In this document: piece after piece, positions 49,747 to 60,141 of the stretch
How positions within the stretch are numbered: the stretch's first letter is position 1
How the letters are laid out: every line of letters starts with the position of its first letter
IMG/VR virus record: IMGVR_UViG_3300014208_000003
Span: 1-64,000 of that record
DNA from: a virus
Strand: one strand, 5' to 3'
DNA: 64,000 nucleotides
Translations under genes and position numbers: made by a program
Notes under the pieces: generated by a model
The model's input: only the letters and a program-made list of their open reading frames with translations
What the model was told of the DNA's origin: nothing
Database searches by the model: none

Positions 49747-50172
49747 ATGGAACTGACACTAATTCGTGGTTGTCCAGGCGCGGGAAAATCAACGTTAGCC
49801 AAAAAATTAATGAATAATAACTCTGCACATTATGAAGCTGATATGTTCTGGAAATTATTTGATGGTACTTATAGATTTGATTTTAAAAAGTTAACCTATG
49901 CCCATCAATGGTGTTTATCTAATGTAGCAGCAGAGTTTGAAAGTCAGGATGTTGCTAAAGTAATTGTTTCGAACACTTTCACGACCACTTCTGAAATAAT
50001 GCCATATATAACATTAGCGGAAGTATATAAGGTTCCTGTTAAAATCATTAATGTTAGAACTCAATTCAAATCTGTTCATGATGTTCCGGAAGCTACAATA
50101 GAAAAGATGAAGAATAGGTGGCAAGAGATTCCGGATAATTGGAACTGTGTTGTAGAAAATATTTTAAACTAA
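49747..50172 (+). CDS. P-loop kinase (AAA_33/PNK-like)
   Basis: IRGCPGAGKST, EADMF, VSNTFT and HDVP. Confidence 0.85.
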   Translation: MELTLIRGCPGAGKSTLAKKLMNNNSAHYEADMFWKLFDGTYRFDFKKLTYAHQWCLSNVAAEFESQDVAKVIVSNTFTTTSEIMPYITLAEVYKVPVKIINVRTQFKSVHDVPEATIEKMKNRWQEIPDNWNCVVENILN

Positions 50173-50185
50173 ATTCATTTTTCTT

Positions 50186-50214
50186 TTGGATCCTGAACTT
50201 TCGTGTGTTATATT
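50186..50214 (+). promoter_or_regulatory. sigma70-type early promoter (repeat family)
   Basis: TTGGAT-N17-TATATT. Confidence 0.75.
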
Positions 50215-50256
50215 TTAAAAGAAGGTTCGAAACATAACAAGAAAAGGAACACTGCT

Positions 50257-50469
50257 ATGAAAGACTTACAACTTACTCCAATCATTGCAAAAATATTTAT
50301 AGCCTTTCCTCTATACCTTTATTTTCTATCGTCTTGGTTAGGAATTAATTGGTTAAATCTTAAATTTGTATTGTTAACAGTTTTCATTTCGTTTGGTGTT
50401 AAATTCAAATACTCAGGAATTCTTTTCGGAACTGTTTTCGTATATCTCTTTTTAACAGGGAAGCTATGA
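50257..50469 (+). CDS. small membrane protein
   Basis: Hydrophobic, with ATG behind an AAGGA RBS. Confidence 0.6.
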   Translation: MKDLQLTPIIAKIFIAFPLYLYFLSSWLGINWLNLKFVLLTVFISFGVKFKYSGILFGTVFVYLFLTGKL

Positions 50470-50750
50470 AATTATTTTTGGATGATGTGAGAGAATGTCC
50501 CGACGATTATATTCATGTTAAAACCGTTTTCGAGTTAATTGGCTATCTTAAATACTACCAAGAGATCATAACGGATATATCTCTTGACCATGATTTAGGA
50601 ATAGGGCAATTAACAGGATATGATTTTTGTAAATGGTTTGAAAGAGAATTCTGGAAACAAAAACTACCAATCAATTTCACGATACATTCTCAAAATCCGG
50701 TTGGTGCAGGAAATATGAAGAGAGTACTAAAAATAATGGGATATGTGTGA
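50466..50750 (+). CDS. cyclic-phosphate-processing receiver-like domain protein
   Basis: KLFLDDVR, ISLDHDLG, TGYD and HSQNPVG. Confidence 0.75.
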   Translation: MKLFLDDVRECPDDYIHVKTVFELIGYLKYYQEIITDISLDHDLGIGQLTGYDFCKWFEREFWKQKLPINFTIHSQNPVGAGNMKRVLKIMGYV

Positions 50751-51274
50751 AAAAGAAAATTGATATCAAAAAAATAATCGAAAACAACATCTTCAAAGAC
50801 ATGATTGAAAAAAGTTATGCGGAATCTGTTATGTGGCGAGTGAAATATAAAATGAATCCACAAACAGGCTTTCCAGTAAAAAACAGACAACACATGGAAG
50901 AGCTATTGAAAGAACAGAACCTTAATTATTCCAAAGAATTTCTGGATAAGGTATTTGAAGAACCCGTAGATAATATTCAAGAAGTTCCTGAAGAGAAATC
51001 ACCAAGAGGCAGAAAGAGTAAAGGACAGGCAACTAGATTTGAATTAACAGGAAATTACAAACAAGATATAAAAGCAATTAAAGAAATAATTATAAAAGAA
51101 ACTAATCGTGAATGGAACTCCGGAAGATTGAAAATAGAATTTGTTCCGACCAAAATTAGAACAGGTGGACAGGGAGTTAAGGCAATATGTTCTAATGGTC
51201 AGACACTAGTAAATATAGGAAACATTTTCAATACCGGTTCTCTTATAAAATGGATTAAGGAAAATGGACGATGA
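50747..51274 (+). CDS. hypothetical protein
   Basis: 175 aa ORF in an operon. Confidence 0.55.
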   Translation: MKKKIDIKKIIENNIFKDMIEKSYAESVMWRVKYKMNPQTGFPVKNRQHMEELLKEQNLNYSKEFLDKVFEEPVDNIQEVPEEKSPRGRKSKGQATRFELTGNYKQDIKAIKEIIIKETNREWNSGRLKIEFVPTKIRTGGQGVKAICSNGQTLVNIGNIFNTGSLIKWIKENGR

Positions 51275-51429
51275 AAAGATTTGAAGATGAAAGGGATTAT
51301 GCTGTTCCGAAAATGACTATGAGATCAGGTAAAGGCGCACATGTTCCAAAACTTCACAGAGAAAAGTTTAAGAAGTTTATAAAAGAAGCGGATTTAGAAG
51401 AGGATGATTTTGAAGATTGGGAGGAGTAA
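51271..51429 (+). CDS. small protein with acidic tail (52 aa)
   Basis: MKRFEDERDY...GKGAH...EEDDFEDWEE, read by hand. AAGGA RBS. Confidence 0.55.
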   Translation: MKRFEDERDYAVPKMTMRSGKGAHVPKLHREKFKKFIKEADLEEDDFEDWEE

Positions 51430-51806
51430 TTGGTTTCTACTTTCATTCCTTCAAACATCATTACAATAAAATTTTCTAAACAAGCCAGATATAATTTTTG
51501 GTTCATGAATTTTAGCAATAATAGATTTTCCGGAAGAGAGATCCCACAAGAGCAATAGATTTCAGACATAACCTATTAAAAAAGACTGCGAAGAAAACAG
51601 ACTGGAATAATTATAATAAGGCATGGAAACAATTAAAAGATGATTGGTTTTATGCTTATCCTTTTCATAGGTATCATATTAACAAAGAAAAATTAAGAAT
51701 CAACTTTACACTAGAAATTGATAAAAGCTTCTATACTATCGAACAACCATTAGAAAAATTCATAACCATAAACCACTTAGATATAGCAAGGAATATTCTA
51801 CAATGA
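51430..51806 (+). pseudogene. frameshifted hypothetical gene
   Basis: TTG start after GAGGAG stops at 51558. Removing GA from GAAGAGAGAT (51538-39) gives one ORF to TGA 51806. Confidence 0.55.
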
Positions 51807-52036
51807 ACTGGCACACACCTAAAGAAAAAATGCCTCAAACCAGAATAGAAGTTTTAGTTGTTTCAGAACTTGACGTTTATTATATTGCAAAACGTTATAA
51901 TAATAGTTATTTTAAAACTCGTGAAGACAGTATAGTTCCGATCAAATATTGGTGCTATCTTCCGAAAATATCTTCAAAGAAAAATAATTGTAGAAAGAGG
52001 AAAAAATGTTTAGACCCGAAGAAGAAAGAATCATAA
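51803..52036 (+). CDS. DUF551-like phage protein
   Basis: MNW..PKEKMP...EVLV...IKYWCYLP. Confidence 0.6.
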   Translation: MNWHTPKEKMPQTRIEVLVVSELDVYYIAKRYNNSYFKTREDSIVPIKYWCYLPKISSKKNNCRKRKKCLDPKKKES

Positions 52037-52368
52037 ACAAATACAAATTCTTCCATCCAGAAAAACCATTATCAGAATCTTTAATGGCATTTGGTTTTGC
52101 TTGTGATGAAGGATGGTTCGGAATTATTGAAAACATGTGCGAGAAATTATCCAAGATAGTTCCGGAAGATTTTGAGATATTACAGGTGAAACAAAAATTT
52201 GCTACTTTGCGCGTATATCCAAATATTTTCAGAGATGACATTGAAGCTATTATAAACGAAGCAGAAACAGAATCCGAGACTACTTGTGAAATATGCGGTT
52301 CCAAAGAAGGCAAGCTAGATAATACTGGTGGTTGGTGGAAAACTGTTTGTACTAACTGTGAGAAATAA
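52006..52368 (+). CDS. conserved phage protein with C-terminal zinc motif
   Basis: GWFGII, QVKQKFATLRVY and TCEICG. Confidence 0.65.
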   Translation: MFRPEEERIINKYKFFHPEKPLSESLMAFGFACDEGWFGIIENMCEKLSKIVPEDFEILQVKQKFATLRVYPNIFRDDIEAIINEAETESETTCEICGSKEGKLDNTGGWWKTVCTNCEK

Positions 52369-52370
52369 TT

Positions 52371-52655
52371 ATGAAATACCGTTTACGAGAAACAGTTGTT
52401 ATAAAAAAATATAAAAAGGGTAAGGAAGATGGTTTCTCTTGCATGCCCTTTAGAAATTTATGTGAATACAAAAATAAATATGGATATTTTAAAGACTGTA
52501 TGAATTGTCCGATACATACAGACAAAAAACCGTTCATATATCTTCTTAATAAGCAATATATTAATAATGGCGATTACATAATTTATTACGAAAATGGCGA
52601 TAGAGAAATTATTGATAAACACACCTTCCGAAAAAAATATATAAAGGTTAAATAA
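52371..52655 (+). CDS. hypothetical PGDYG-like protein
   Basis: GDYII...FRKKY. Confidence 0.45.
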   Translation: MKYRLRETVVIKKYKKGKEDGFSCMPFRNLCEYKNKYGYFKDCMNCPIHTDKKPFIYLLNKQYINNGDYIIYYENGDREIIDKHTFRKKYIKVK

Positions 52656-52657
52656 TT

Positions 52658-53017
52658 ATGCGGATGTGGATGGTAGAACCTAATTTACTTTGTAGGAAAC
52701 ATTTACTTGGCGAACATTCCGAAATACATAAACACAAACACAATTTTGAAAAGGGTCATTCATTCAAAGGCAGAGTTCAACCAGTAGTGCAAATCGAACC
52801 TCTATCAATGCAACAAAGACACGACGAACTAGTAAAAGAAATGATTAAACGAGGATATAACCACAAATCACCTTATACACAACCAAGTTTACACAAATAT
52901 ACTCCGGAACAAATCTCGGTAAAAGTAGATAAACAAAATTCTATCAAAGACTTATTAACAAGATGTCAGGAATGTAAAATTTTAATTGAAGGAAAAACCA
53001 ATGGAACAATTCAATAA
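52658..53017 (+). CDS. pyrimidine-dimer DNA glycosylase/DenV-like protein
   Basis: MRMW...LCRKHLLGEHSEIH...RHDELVKEMIKRGYNH. Confidence 0.8.
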   Translation: MRMWMVEPNLLCRKHLLGEHSEIHKHKHNFEKGHSFKGRVQPVVQIEPLSMQQRHDELVKEMIKRGYNHKSPYTQPSLHKYTPEQISVKVDKQNSIKDLLTRCQECKILIEGKTNGTIQ

Positions 53018-53163
53018 ACGTGATCTTATAAATTTCATAAAGGACAATTTAACTATATACATCAATCAAAAACCATCGGGCTATATAAAAATCTCTTTAT
53101 GTATAGATGGTACTAGTTTCTCATCTGATATAATTTCTCTACCCGAAAATAAGGAAATTTAAT

Positions 53164-54291
53164 ATGACCCTCTATTCTCAATCAACTACCGGAAAAATTC
53201 TTGTCTGGGAAATCGAAGTTCTTAAAAACCAATATAGAACAATTACAGGTCAAGAAGATGGTCAAAAAGTTATTTCGGAATGGACTACTTGTAACGGAAA
53301 GAATATTGGAAGAGCTAACGAAACAACTCCCGAAGAACAAGCTATACAAGAAGCAGAAGCACATATCAAAAAGAAATTAAAATCAGGTTATCATAAAGAT
53401 CGTGATAATGCATCTTCCGGAACATCTTATATGAAACCCATGCTTGCTAATAAATTTCCTGACCATAAACACAAAATTCAATATCCCGTAATGGTTGATA
53501 GAAAATATAATGGTGTAAGATGCATAACCACTATCAAAGGAATGTTTACAAGAAAAGGTGAAGAGATAATTACCGCACCACATATCCGAGAATGCCTTGA
53601 ACCAATTTTTGAAAAGTTTCCGGATATGGTTATCGATGGAGAATTATATAACCAGGAATATGCAGATCAACTAAACGAACTTGTGAAACTCGTCCGGAAA
53701 ACAAAACATTATACAGAACAAGATTTAATTAGAAGTAAAGAAATTGTTAAGTACTATGTTTACGATGGATATAACTTTCTTTCCGGAATAGTACCAGTAG
53801 CAGAACAAACAAATAATTTTAATAGAAGATGGTATTTGCAAGATCTTTTCAAAAACTATTCCGAAATGATTGTTCCTGTAGATAATCAAACCGCACAATC
53901 CGAAGAACATCTAATGGAAATATATGAGAGCTATTTGAAAGAAGGTATGGAAGGTGCTATCATAAGAAATCCTAATGCACCATATCATCACAAACGTTCT
54001 AATGATCTTCTTAAACTAAAACCTTTAAACGATAATGAATTTGAAATATTAGATATCAAAGAAGGTATAGGTAATTGGTCAGGAGCTGCTAAAATAGTTA
54101 CTCTGAAAATGGATTCCGGAAAAATATTTGATGGTTCTATTAAAGGATGTTTTGAGGATAATGTTCAAATCCTTATTAACAAAAATGATTGGATAGGTTC
54201 TAAAGTCACTGTTCGATATAATGGTTTAACAGGACTCGGAACACCTAATTTCGCACAATGGTCACCGAATAATTCTTTAAGAGCTGATTGA
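53164..54291 (+). CDS. ATP-dependent DNA ligase
   Basis: PMLA, KYNGVR (motif I), IDGELY, EGAIIR and KRSNDLLKLK. Confidence 0.93.
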   Translation: MTLYSQSTTGKILVWEIEVLKNQYRTITGQEDGQKVISEWTTCNGKNIGRANETTPEEQAIQEAEAHIKKKLKSGYHKDRDNASSGTSYMKPMLANKFPDHKHKIQYPVMVDRKYNGVRCITTIKGMFTRKGEEIITAPHIRECLEPIFEKFPDMVIDGELYNQEYADQLNELVKLVRKTKHYTEQDLIRSKEIVKYYVYDGYNFLSGIVPVAEQTNNFNRRWYLQDLFKNYSEMIVPVDNQTAQSEEHLMEIYESYLKEGMEGAIIRNPNAPYHHKRSNDLLKLKPLNDNEFEILDIKEGIGNWSGAAKIVTLKMDSGKIFDGSIKGCFEDNVQILINKNDWIGSKVTVRYNGLTGLGTPNFAQWSPNNSLRAD

Positions 54292-54608
54292 TGTTGAAAC
54301 CTTCGAGGATTTATACTTCCAAAAATAGAATTTGTTATGATTTTATTTTCAAACAGGCTCCGAAAGTTTGTTTGAGATGTATTGTTATTGAAGGAAAACT
54401 GGTTAGTATCTTATGGGAGCGTCAAAATAGAATATCACGAAAAGGATGGTCAAAAAAGAATATTGAATAACTTCCGGAATGTGTCTTGGAAGTTCTAAAC
54501 CATCCTTTTCTTGATATAGATATTGCTAAAAGTGATTTCTCTAAAATTGAATATCGGAAAATGGTTTGGAATACGAAAGATACACAAATGTCGTTCTTAG
54601 TAAAATAA
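54288..54608 (+). pseudogene. VPE/PFFEID-family paralog interrupted by an in-frame TAA at 54468
   Basis: After ...KKNIE* the same frame continues LPECVLEVLNHPFLDIDIAK... Confidence 0.7.
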
Positions 54609-54621
54609 ATTCATTTTTCTT

Positions 54622-54650
54622 TTGGATCCGGAACTTTCGTGTATTATATT
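54622..54650 (+). promoter_or_regulatory. sigma70-type early promoter (repeat family)
   Basis: TTGGAT-N17-TATATT. Confidence 0.75.
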
Positions 54651-54684
54651 TTAAAAGAATCCACAAACAAGAAAAGGAGTCTAT

Positions 54685-55726
54685 ATGTTAAAAGTAGGTG
54701 ATGTCGTAAAATTAACAACTTTATTATTAGGAAACTCACCAGAAACAATTGGATTTGTTTTTAATGATGAATTGAATATCCAGCAGATTATTTTTGAGAA
54801 TGGTAAGTATGATGGATTCGATCTTCGGGATCAAACGAACTTTCTTGAAAAAATTGGTCACGAGGATTCTTTAACAAACTACCAATTCATAAATGTTTTC
54901 AGAACAGGCATTGATTACGATTACAACCTCTTCCCGTTCAAAAGGTGGAAATAATGTTCAAAGACACTCTTCAGGAAGATATTGTTTATTGTGTTTCAGA
55001 ACAAATTCCGTGTAAGCTTTTCAGAATAACCGATAAATTTATATATGTTCAAAGGCATTCTTTATCACTCAATTCCGGAACATACGAATGCAAAGTAAAT
55101 AAGGAAACTGGTTATGATAGATTAAGGAACCAGTATTACGAACCATATAACGAGAAGAACAAAATACTATATGCCACAAAATTAAAAAGAATAGAGATCA
55201 ATACAAGACTTAATAATATCTCTTCTGGATTGGATAAACTAAATCTTAATGAGCTAATTAAACTAGAGGAGGTTTTGAACACATGCGGTATTTGATTCTC
55301 CTGTTATTTCTCTATGTTTCAGAAATCAATCTAGCAACTCTTCGGAATCATATTTTCGATATTGTTTTGCTGATATCTTGTTGTGGATTATATAGTTACG
55401 TAAAATCAGAAAAGAAATGGTACACGGATTTTCTCTATCAATGTAAACAAAGAAGATTAAAAAGATTTGAGATAGAAAAAATACTTTGGAGATAAATTTA
55501 AAAAGGAAAATTTAAAATGAATATTTGGCAAGTGCATTCTCAGTCAAAACCTTCCGGAGAACATCTATTAGTGATTTGGATGAACGAGGTGGGAATTAAA
55601 AAAGAACAGGTTTGCAAAGTTCTGTTTGAAAATTCTTCGACATACAGACTAATAGCACCAGATTTAAAAATGGATATTCAGAAAGGTAATTGTTCAGACC
55701 TAATTGTTAGAAAGATTCCAGAATGA
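54685..55726 (+). CDS. four small early hypothetical genes (54685-54954, 54945-55295, 55283-55495, 55517-55726)
   Basis: Coupled ORFs with RBSs behind the early promoter. Confidence 0.55.
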
Positions 55727-55741
55727 TTTCTAAATATTTGC

Positions 55742-56263
55742 ATGAATGGCGTAATTCCGAAACTAACAATTAAAACATATCCAAAAGAAATACACCCGTT
55801 CATAATCTTCATCCGGAAACTCTACAGAATAAATAAATGGGTAGATCTTAAAAAACTAGAAATCTCATTCGATTATCAGGCCAAAGATGTAGCTGGTTTC
55901 TATGATCCAAAATGCAAACACAAAATCTATATCAATCCTTCTAACTGCATAAACCGAGTAGCTAATACAGAATTCTCACAACCAATAATCCTAATACATG
56001 AATTCTGCCATTTAATAGACTCACATTTAAATATATTCGAAACATGGGCTAACACCTTCCAACCCATTTATCTTAATCCAAACAGCAAAAGAGACCGTAT
56101 AGAAGAGCTTGCGGAACTATTAACAGTATATCTTCTTGATGCCAGAATATTCCGGAACAATATTTCAAAACCTATGCACAAATTCTTCAAACAATATCTC
56201 AAAGCACCAAATAAATCAAATATAGTTTTACCAGAAGCATTTAAAAAACATATAAGCGATTGA
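55742..56263 (+). CDS. zincin-like metallopeptidase
   Basis: AGFY, LIHEFCH (HExxH) and EELAE. Confidence 0.65.
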   Translation: MNGVIPKLTIKTYPKEIHPFIIFIRKLYRINKWVDLKKLEISFDYQAKDVAGFYDPKCKHKIYINPSNCINRVANTEFSQPIILIHEFCHLIDSHLNIFETWANTFQPIYLNPNSKRDRIEELAELLTVYLLDARIFRNNISKPMHKFFKQYLKAPNKSNIVLPEAFKKHISD

Positions 56264-56327
56264 TTCTAACAACATTCCTGAACATTAACGGTTATTGTGT
56301 TAGTGTTAAAATAGATTCATTATTTTC

Positions 56328-56356
56328 TTGGATCCGGAACTTTCATCTATTATATT
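56328..56356 (+). promoter_or_regulatory. sigma70-type early promoter (repeat family)
   Basis: TTGGAT-N17-TATATT. Confidence 0.75.
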
Positions 56357-56380
56357 TTAAGAAAGAAAAGGAGATATTAT

Positions 56381-57588
56381 ATGTTCGGAATTTCAATAGG
56401 CTATAACAACGATAAAAAACTTGCGATTTATGATGATATTAAATTCAAACATTATAATGACATATTAAATAAATTACCAACAGCAGATAAAAACAAAAAA
56501 GTTTCATCGGGTTCTTATGATATGCATCTGGCGGAAACATCAATATACGAATTAAATTTTAAAACAGTAATTTAAAAAGGGAAATTATGCTATACACTAA
56601 CAAACAACTTATCAACGAACTTCTGAAATATCCTCCTGAACAAATCGTTTTGGTAGATGGTTATGAAATGGGTTTTGACAATATTAAAACCACAGAAGCG
56701 GACGTTCTATTAAATTCGTGTGATAGTAATTTTTGCGGCGTTCATGAAGTAGATGAATATGTAGACAAACCTATTCCCGATTTTGAACCTATTAAAATGA
56801 AAAAAGCAAAAAGAGTAAAAGCCATAATTTTAAAAAGGACTCATGAATGAATTTCTCAGACTATAAACCAGAAGAACTAATCGGTAAGAAAGTGATACTG
56901 GAATGTTTTGGCAAATTTCTAGAAACAATTGAACGAGTAACTAAAACACAAATTATTCTCAAAGATTCCGCAAAAAAATACAAAATATCAAATGGTCACG
57001 AAATAACTTCTGAACAATGGTTTAAAGGAACAATTCATCTAGCTACTCCGAAACAAGAACAAGAAATAATAAATACAAGAGATTTCAAACATCTCCGGAA
57101 TAATTTAATAAACATACTCCCAAACCTTTCCTATAAAAAACACAAACATCTTCTAAATGATATTAAAGAACTCACCGAAAAAATTAAAAAGGAATTATTA
57201 TGATTAAAATGCTAACCAAACTTCTGAAAAAGTATAATGAACGTTTAAAAATTCTTCAGATAAATAAGCGAAATAATCCGAATGACTATTATCCCTATGA
57301 CCTCGATATTAAAAATACAAAAGAAGTTATCCGCGATCTGGAGAAACTAATATGAACCGAAAACAATACCAACTCTATTTTTCAGAAAAGCCTTACAAAC
57401 TAGAAATCAAACCTTTAGCAAATATGTTCCAAAAGTACGTGAAGGAAAATAACCAACTAATAAAATATAACCAATGCTACTATTTCGGAACTCTTAATAA
57501 TCTCAGAGAAAAAGCAAACCAATTAAAAAAACAATGGCTAGACGAACTTCAGAAACATATTACAGAAATTGACCTTATAAAAATCTAA
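56381..57588 (+). CDS. small early hypothetical genes (56381-56575, 56587-56850, 56847-57203, 57352-57588)
   Basis: ORFs with RBSs behind the early promoter. Confidence 0.55.
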
Positions 57589-57746
57589 AACCCTCTTCCG
57601 GAATCATTATCAAAATATGTTCCGGAAGAGTTTCCCTATATTCATCCCTAACCCTTCTAACAGCATCTACAATCAACCACAATATAAAAACAATATCATG
57701 ACACTCTTTAAAACTATCTGCCTTTAAATCGTGTCTAAATACTTGC

Positions 57747-58529
57747 ATGATAAAAGAATCAATTTTCGATCCTATTCAAAAAGAACTTTCAAAAGATGTC
57801 TGGAATAATAACCAACTAATTCCTGCTATCAAAACCCAAATCATAAACACTTTCTCAAACTTCCTGAATAAACACAATCTAAAACAAGTTATCAAATCAA
57901 TGAATGTTCTAGGATCAATAACAGGATATCAATACACACCAACTTCCGATATTGATGTGAATGTTGTCCTAGACCTTCCGGAAGAATCCCTGAAAGAACT
58001 ATATAAAGACTTGCCAAATAACATCTTAGCAACAAATACCAAACATCCTATCAACTATTATATTTCAACTATCTGGAAACCCGAATGGTCAAAAGAATCT
58101 AATGGCGTTTATAATATTCTAAAAAATGATTGGCAAAAACTTCCTGAACAACCAAAAACAAACCCAGACAATAATCTTAAACTAGTTTCAGAAATATCCA
58201 GATTCTTCACAACAGGTCTAGATTCAACAATATCCGAATTTTTCCGAGATCTAGACTTCTATCAAACAACTAATAACACAGAATATAAAAAACAAAAATT
58301 CCAAGAACTAAAAGAAGACTATATCTCAATCCAACTAGCACAACACATCCTCCACCAATTCAGAGGAGAAGCATTTCAAAATAATCCATTCCCAATAACT
58401 ATCAATATAACTTCTGCAAATGAATCTATTAACAACATGATTTATAAGTACATAGAGAAATTAGGATACCAAGACACTATCAACAGAATCTCCGGAATAG
58501 CAAAAGAACTCAATCTATCTGCCTCTTAA
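57747..58529 (+). CDS. Pol-beta-superfamily nucleotidyltransferase
   Basis: LGSITGYQYTPTSDIDVNV and HPINYY. Confidence 0.75.
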   Translation: MIKESIFDPIQKELSKDVWNNNQLIPAIKTQIINTFSNFLNKHNLKQVIKSMNVLGSITGYQYTPTSDIDVNVVLDLPEESLKELYKDLPNNILATNTKHPINYYISTIWKPEWSKESNGVYNILKNDWQKLPEQPKTNPDNNLKLVSEISRFFTTGLDSTISEFFRDLDFYQTTNNTEYKKQKFQELKEDYISIQLAQHILHQFRGEAFQNNPFPITINITSANESINNMIYKYIEKLGYQDTINRISGIAKELNLSAS

Positions 58530-58794
58530 ACCTTGCTAAATCAATTTCAAAAAATGGATTAGAAATATATTCCTGAACACTTTTTAAAATATCTTCCGGA
58601 ACATTCTCTATATATGTCCTATTTCGTTCATAACTATCCGCCAATAATGAATCACACTCTATAGTACAACTTTTAGCACTCATTAAATAACCCACATAAA
58701 TATACTCGATCACCACGGACTTTTCTGAATGTATTCTTTTCTCTATCACAAACTCAAAAATAAAATCCCAATTTAAAATATCAATTATTTTCAT
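58510..58794 (-). CDS. VPE/PFFEID paralog
   Basis: NVPEDILKSVQEYISNPFFEIDLAR. Confidence 0.8.
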   Translation of the reverse strand: MKIIDILNWDFIFEFVIEKRIHSEKSVVIEYIYVGYLMSAKSCTIECDSLLADSYERNRTYIENVPEDILKSVQEYISNPFFEIDLARFKRQID

Positions 58795-59069
58795 TTTGAC
58801 TGACTATATCTTTCCAAATCAATATCGAAAAATGGTGACTTAATATATTCTAAAAGCTTCTCCGGAACAGAAGACAGATTAATCTCATAAAAAGTCTGAT
58901 CCGCATAAAAATACCTTTCGCCATTATCATAACTAAATTTTATCTCATCTTCATAATTCCAATACTCTACATCAATCTTTTCCGAATAAGTGTACCAAAT
59001 ACAATAAGCACTTCTGCCATTTTCATAATTAGAATAAAATTTTCCCAATTCGCGTGTATTACTTTCCAT
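58791..59069 (-). CDS. VPE/PFFEID paralog
   Basis: VPEKLLEYIKSPFFDIDLER. Confidence 0.8.
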   Translation of the reverse strand: MESNTRELGKFYSNYENGRSAYCIWYTYSEKIDVEYWNYEDEIKFSYDNGERYFYADQTFYEINLSSVPEKLLEYIKSPFFDIDLERYSQSK

Positions 59070-59310
59070 ACTTCCTCGCAATATCTATCTCTAAGAAAGG
59101 TGACTCAACATATTTTCTAAGAACCTCCGGAACATCATCAACAGGAACTTCTTGAACAATATTGCCATTATAACAATGAGCTATATAAAAACCGTTAATA
59201 CTTATTAAATCCATTCCTCGCAACTCTATATCCAAACTATGATCATACGTATACCAGTAAACATTTATATCGTTCTTGTAATATCTCCCAATCTTTCGGT
59301 TCAAATCCAT
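59059..59310 (-). CDS. VPE/PFFEID paralog
   Basis: VPEVLRKYVESPFLEIDIAR. Confidence 0.8.
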   Translation of the reverse strand: MDLNRKIGRYYKNDINVYWYTYDHSLDIELRGMDLISINGFYIAHCYNGNIVQEVPVDDVPEVLRKYVESPFLEIDIARKYGK

Positions 59311-59597
59311 TATATTTCATTCTTTCTTAGCCACCGATCTTTCCAACCTATCTTCTGCTTATATCTTTCAAAATCTATCTCAAAGAAAGGATCATCAAGC
59401 TTCTTTTGAAACATTTTTCGAATCTCTTCCGGAACATCATCAATATCTACAGTCTTCTCAACAATAATAGTTTCTAACGATTCTGACAATACTCTAAATT
59501 CTAAACTATGACTAAGGAATATATAATTATAATTCTCTATCATATCTTCCTCTAAAACACATTCCCAACAATTGCCCCACTTTAAAAATCTCACCAT
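59310..59597 (-). CDS. VPE/PFFEID paralog
   Basis: VPEEIRKMFQKKLDDPFFEIDFER. Confidence 0.8.
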   Translation of the reverse strand: MVRFLKWGNCWECVLEEDMIENYNYIFLSHSLEFRVLSESLETIIVEKTVDIDDVPEEIRKMFQKKLDDPFFEIDFERYKQKIGWKDRWLRKNEI

Positions 59598-59615
59598 AAT
59601 TATTCTCCCAACACG

Positions 59616-59903
59616 TCAATACATTCCGATCTTTAATCTCTCCAATTCAATATCTAAAAATGGATCTAACAACTTATCAGAAAACACTTTAACAACATCT
59701 TCCTGAACAACATCAACCAAACATCTTTCTAACACCAATGACCTACAATTACACCTATCAAGAGTAACATCATTCAGATTATCTTTAAAACATCCCATAC
59801 TAATATAATCAACACGATCTTCAATACAAGACATCCATAATACTTTCTCATATATATTTTCCCACCTCAACACATCTCCAACTTTAATCATATGTTCTAT
59901 CAA
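59616..59903 (-). CDS. VPE/PFFEID paralog
   Basis: VQEDVVKVFSDKLLDPFLDIELER. Confidence 0.8.
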   Translation of the reverse strand: MIEHMIKVGDVLRWENIYEKVLWMSCIEDRVDYISMGCFKDNLNDVTLDRCNCRSLVLERCLVDVVQEDVVKVFSDKLLDPFLDIELERLKIGMY

Positions 59904-60141
59904 TCTCCCTTTTCAAATCAATCTCCAAAAAAGGATCAGAAAAGATATTCCTGAAATCTTCCGGAACTTCTGACTCATCAACCCGTACACAACATTTTTC
60001 AAATCCCTCATCTATTAAAAAGAATCCATACCTTCCAACATAATGAAAACATATATAGAATCCCGAAATCCCAACCCATAAATGTATATGAATATCCTTT
60101 AACCACCTGTAATATAAATCATCCTTCTTATACCAATTCAT
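59884..60141 (-). CDS. VPE/PFFEID paralog
   Basis: VPEDFRNIFSDPFLEIDLKR. ATG60141 overlaps the upstream gene end. Confidence 0.8.
   Translation of the reverse strand: MNWYKKDDLYYRWLKDIHIHLWVGISGFYICFHYVGRYGFFLIDEGFEKCCVRVDESEVPEDFRNIFSDPFLEIDLKREIDRTYD

Noticed and set aside
1701-49828. Many minus-strand ORFs in the track (e.g. 2629-3261, 3833-4393, 21233-21664, 36066-36608)
   Set aside because: They are antisense shadows of clear + strand genes, with F/S/L/I-rich composition and no RBS.
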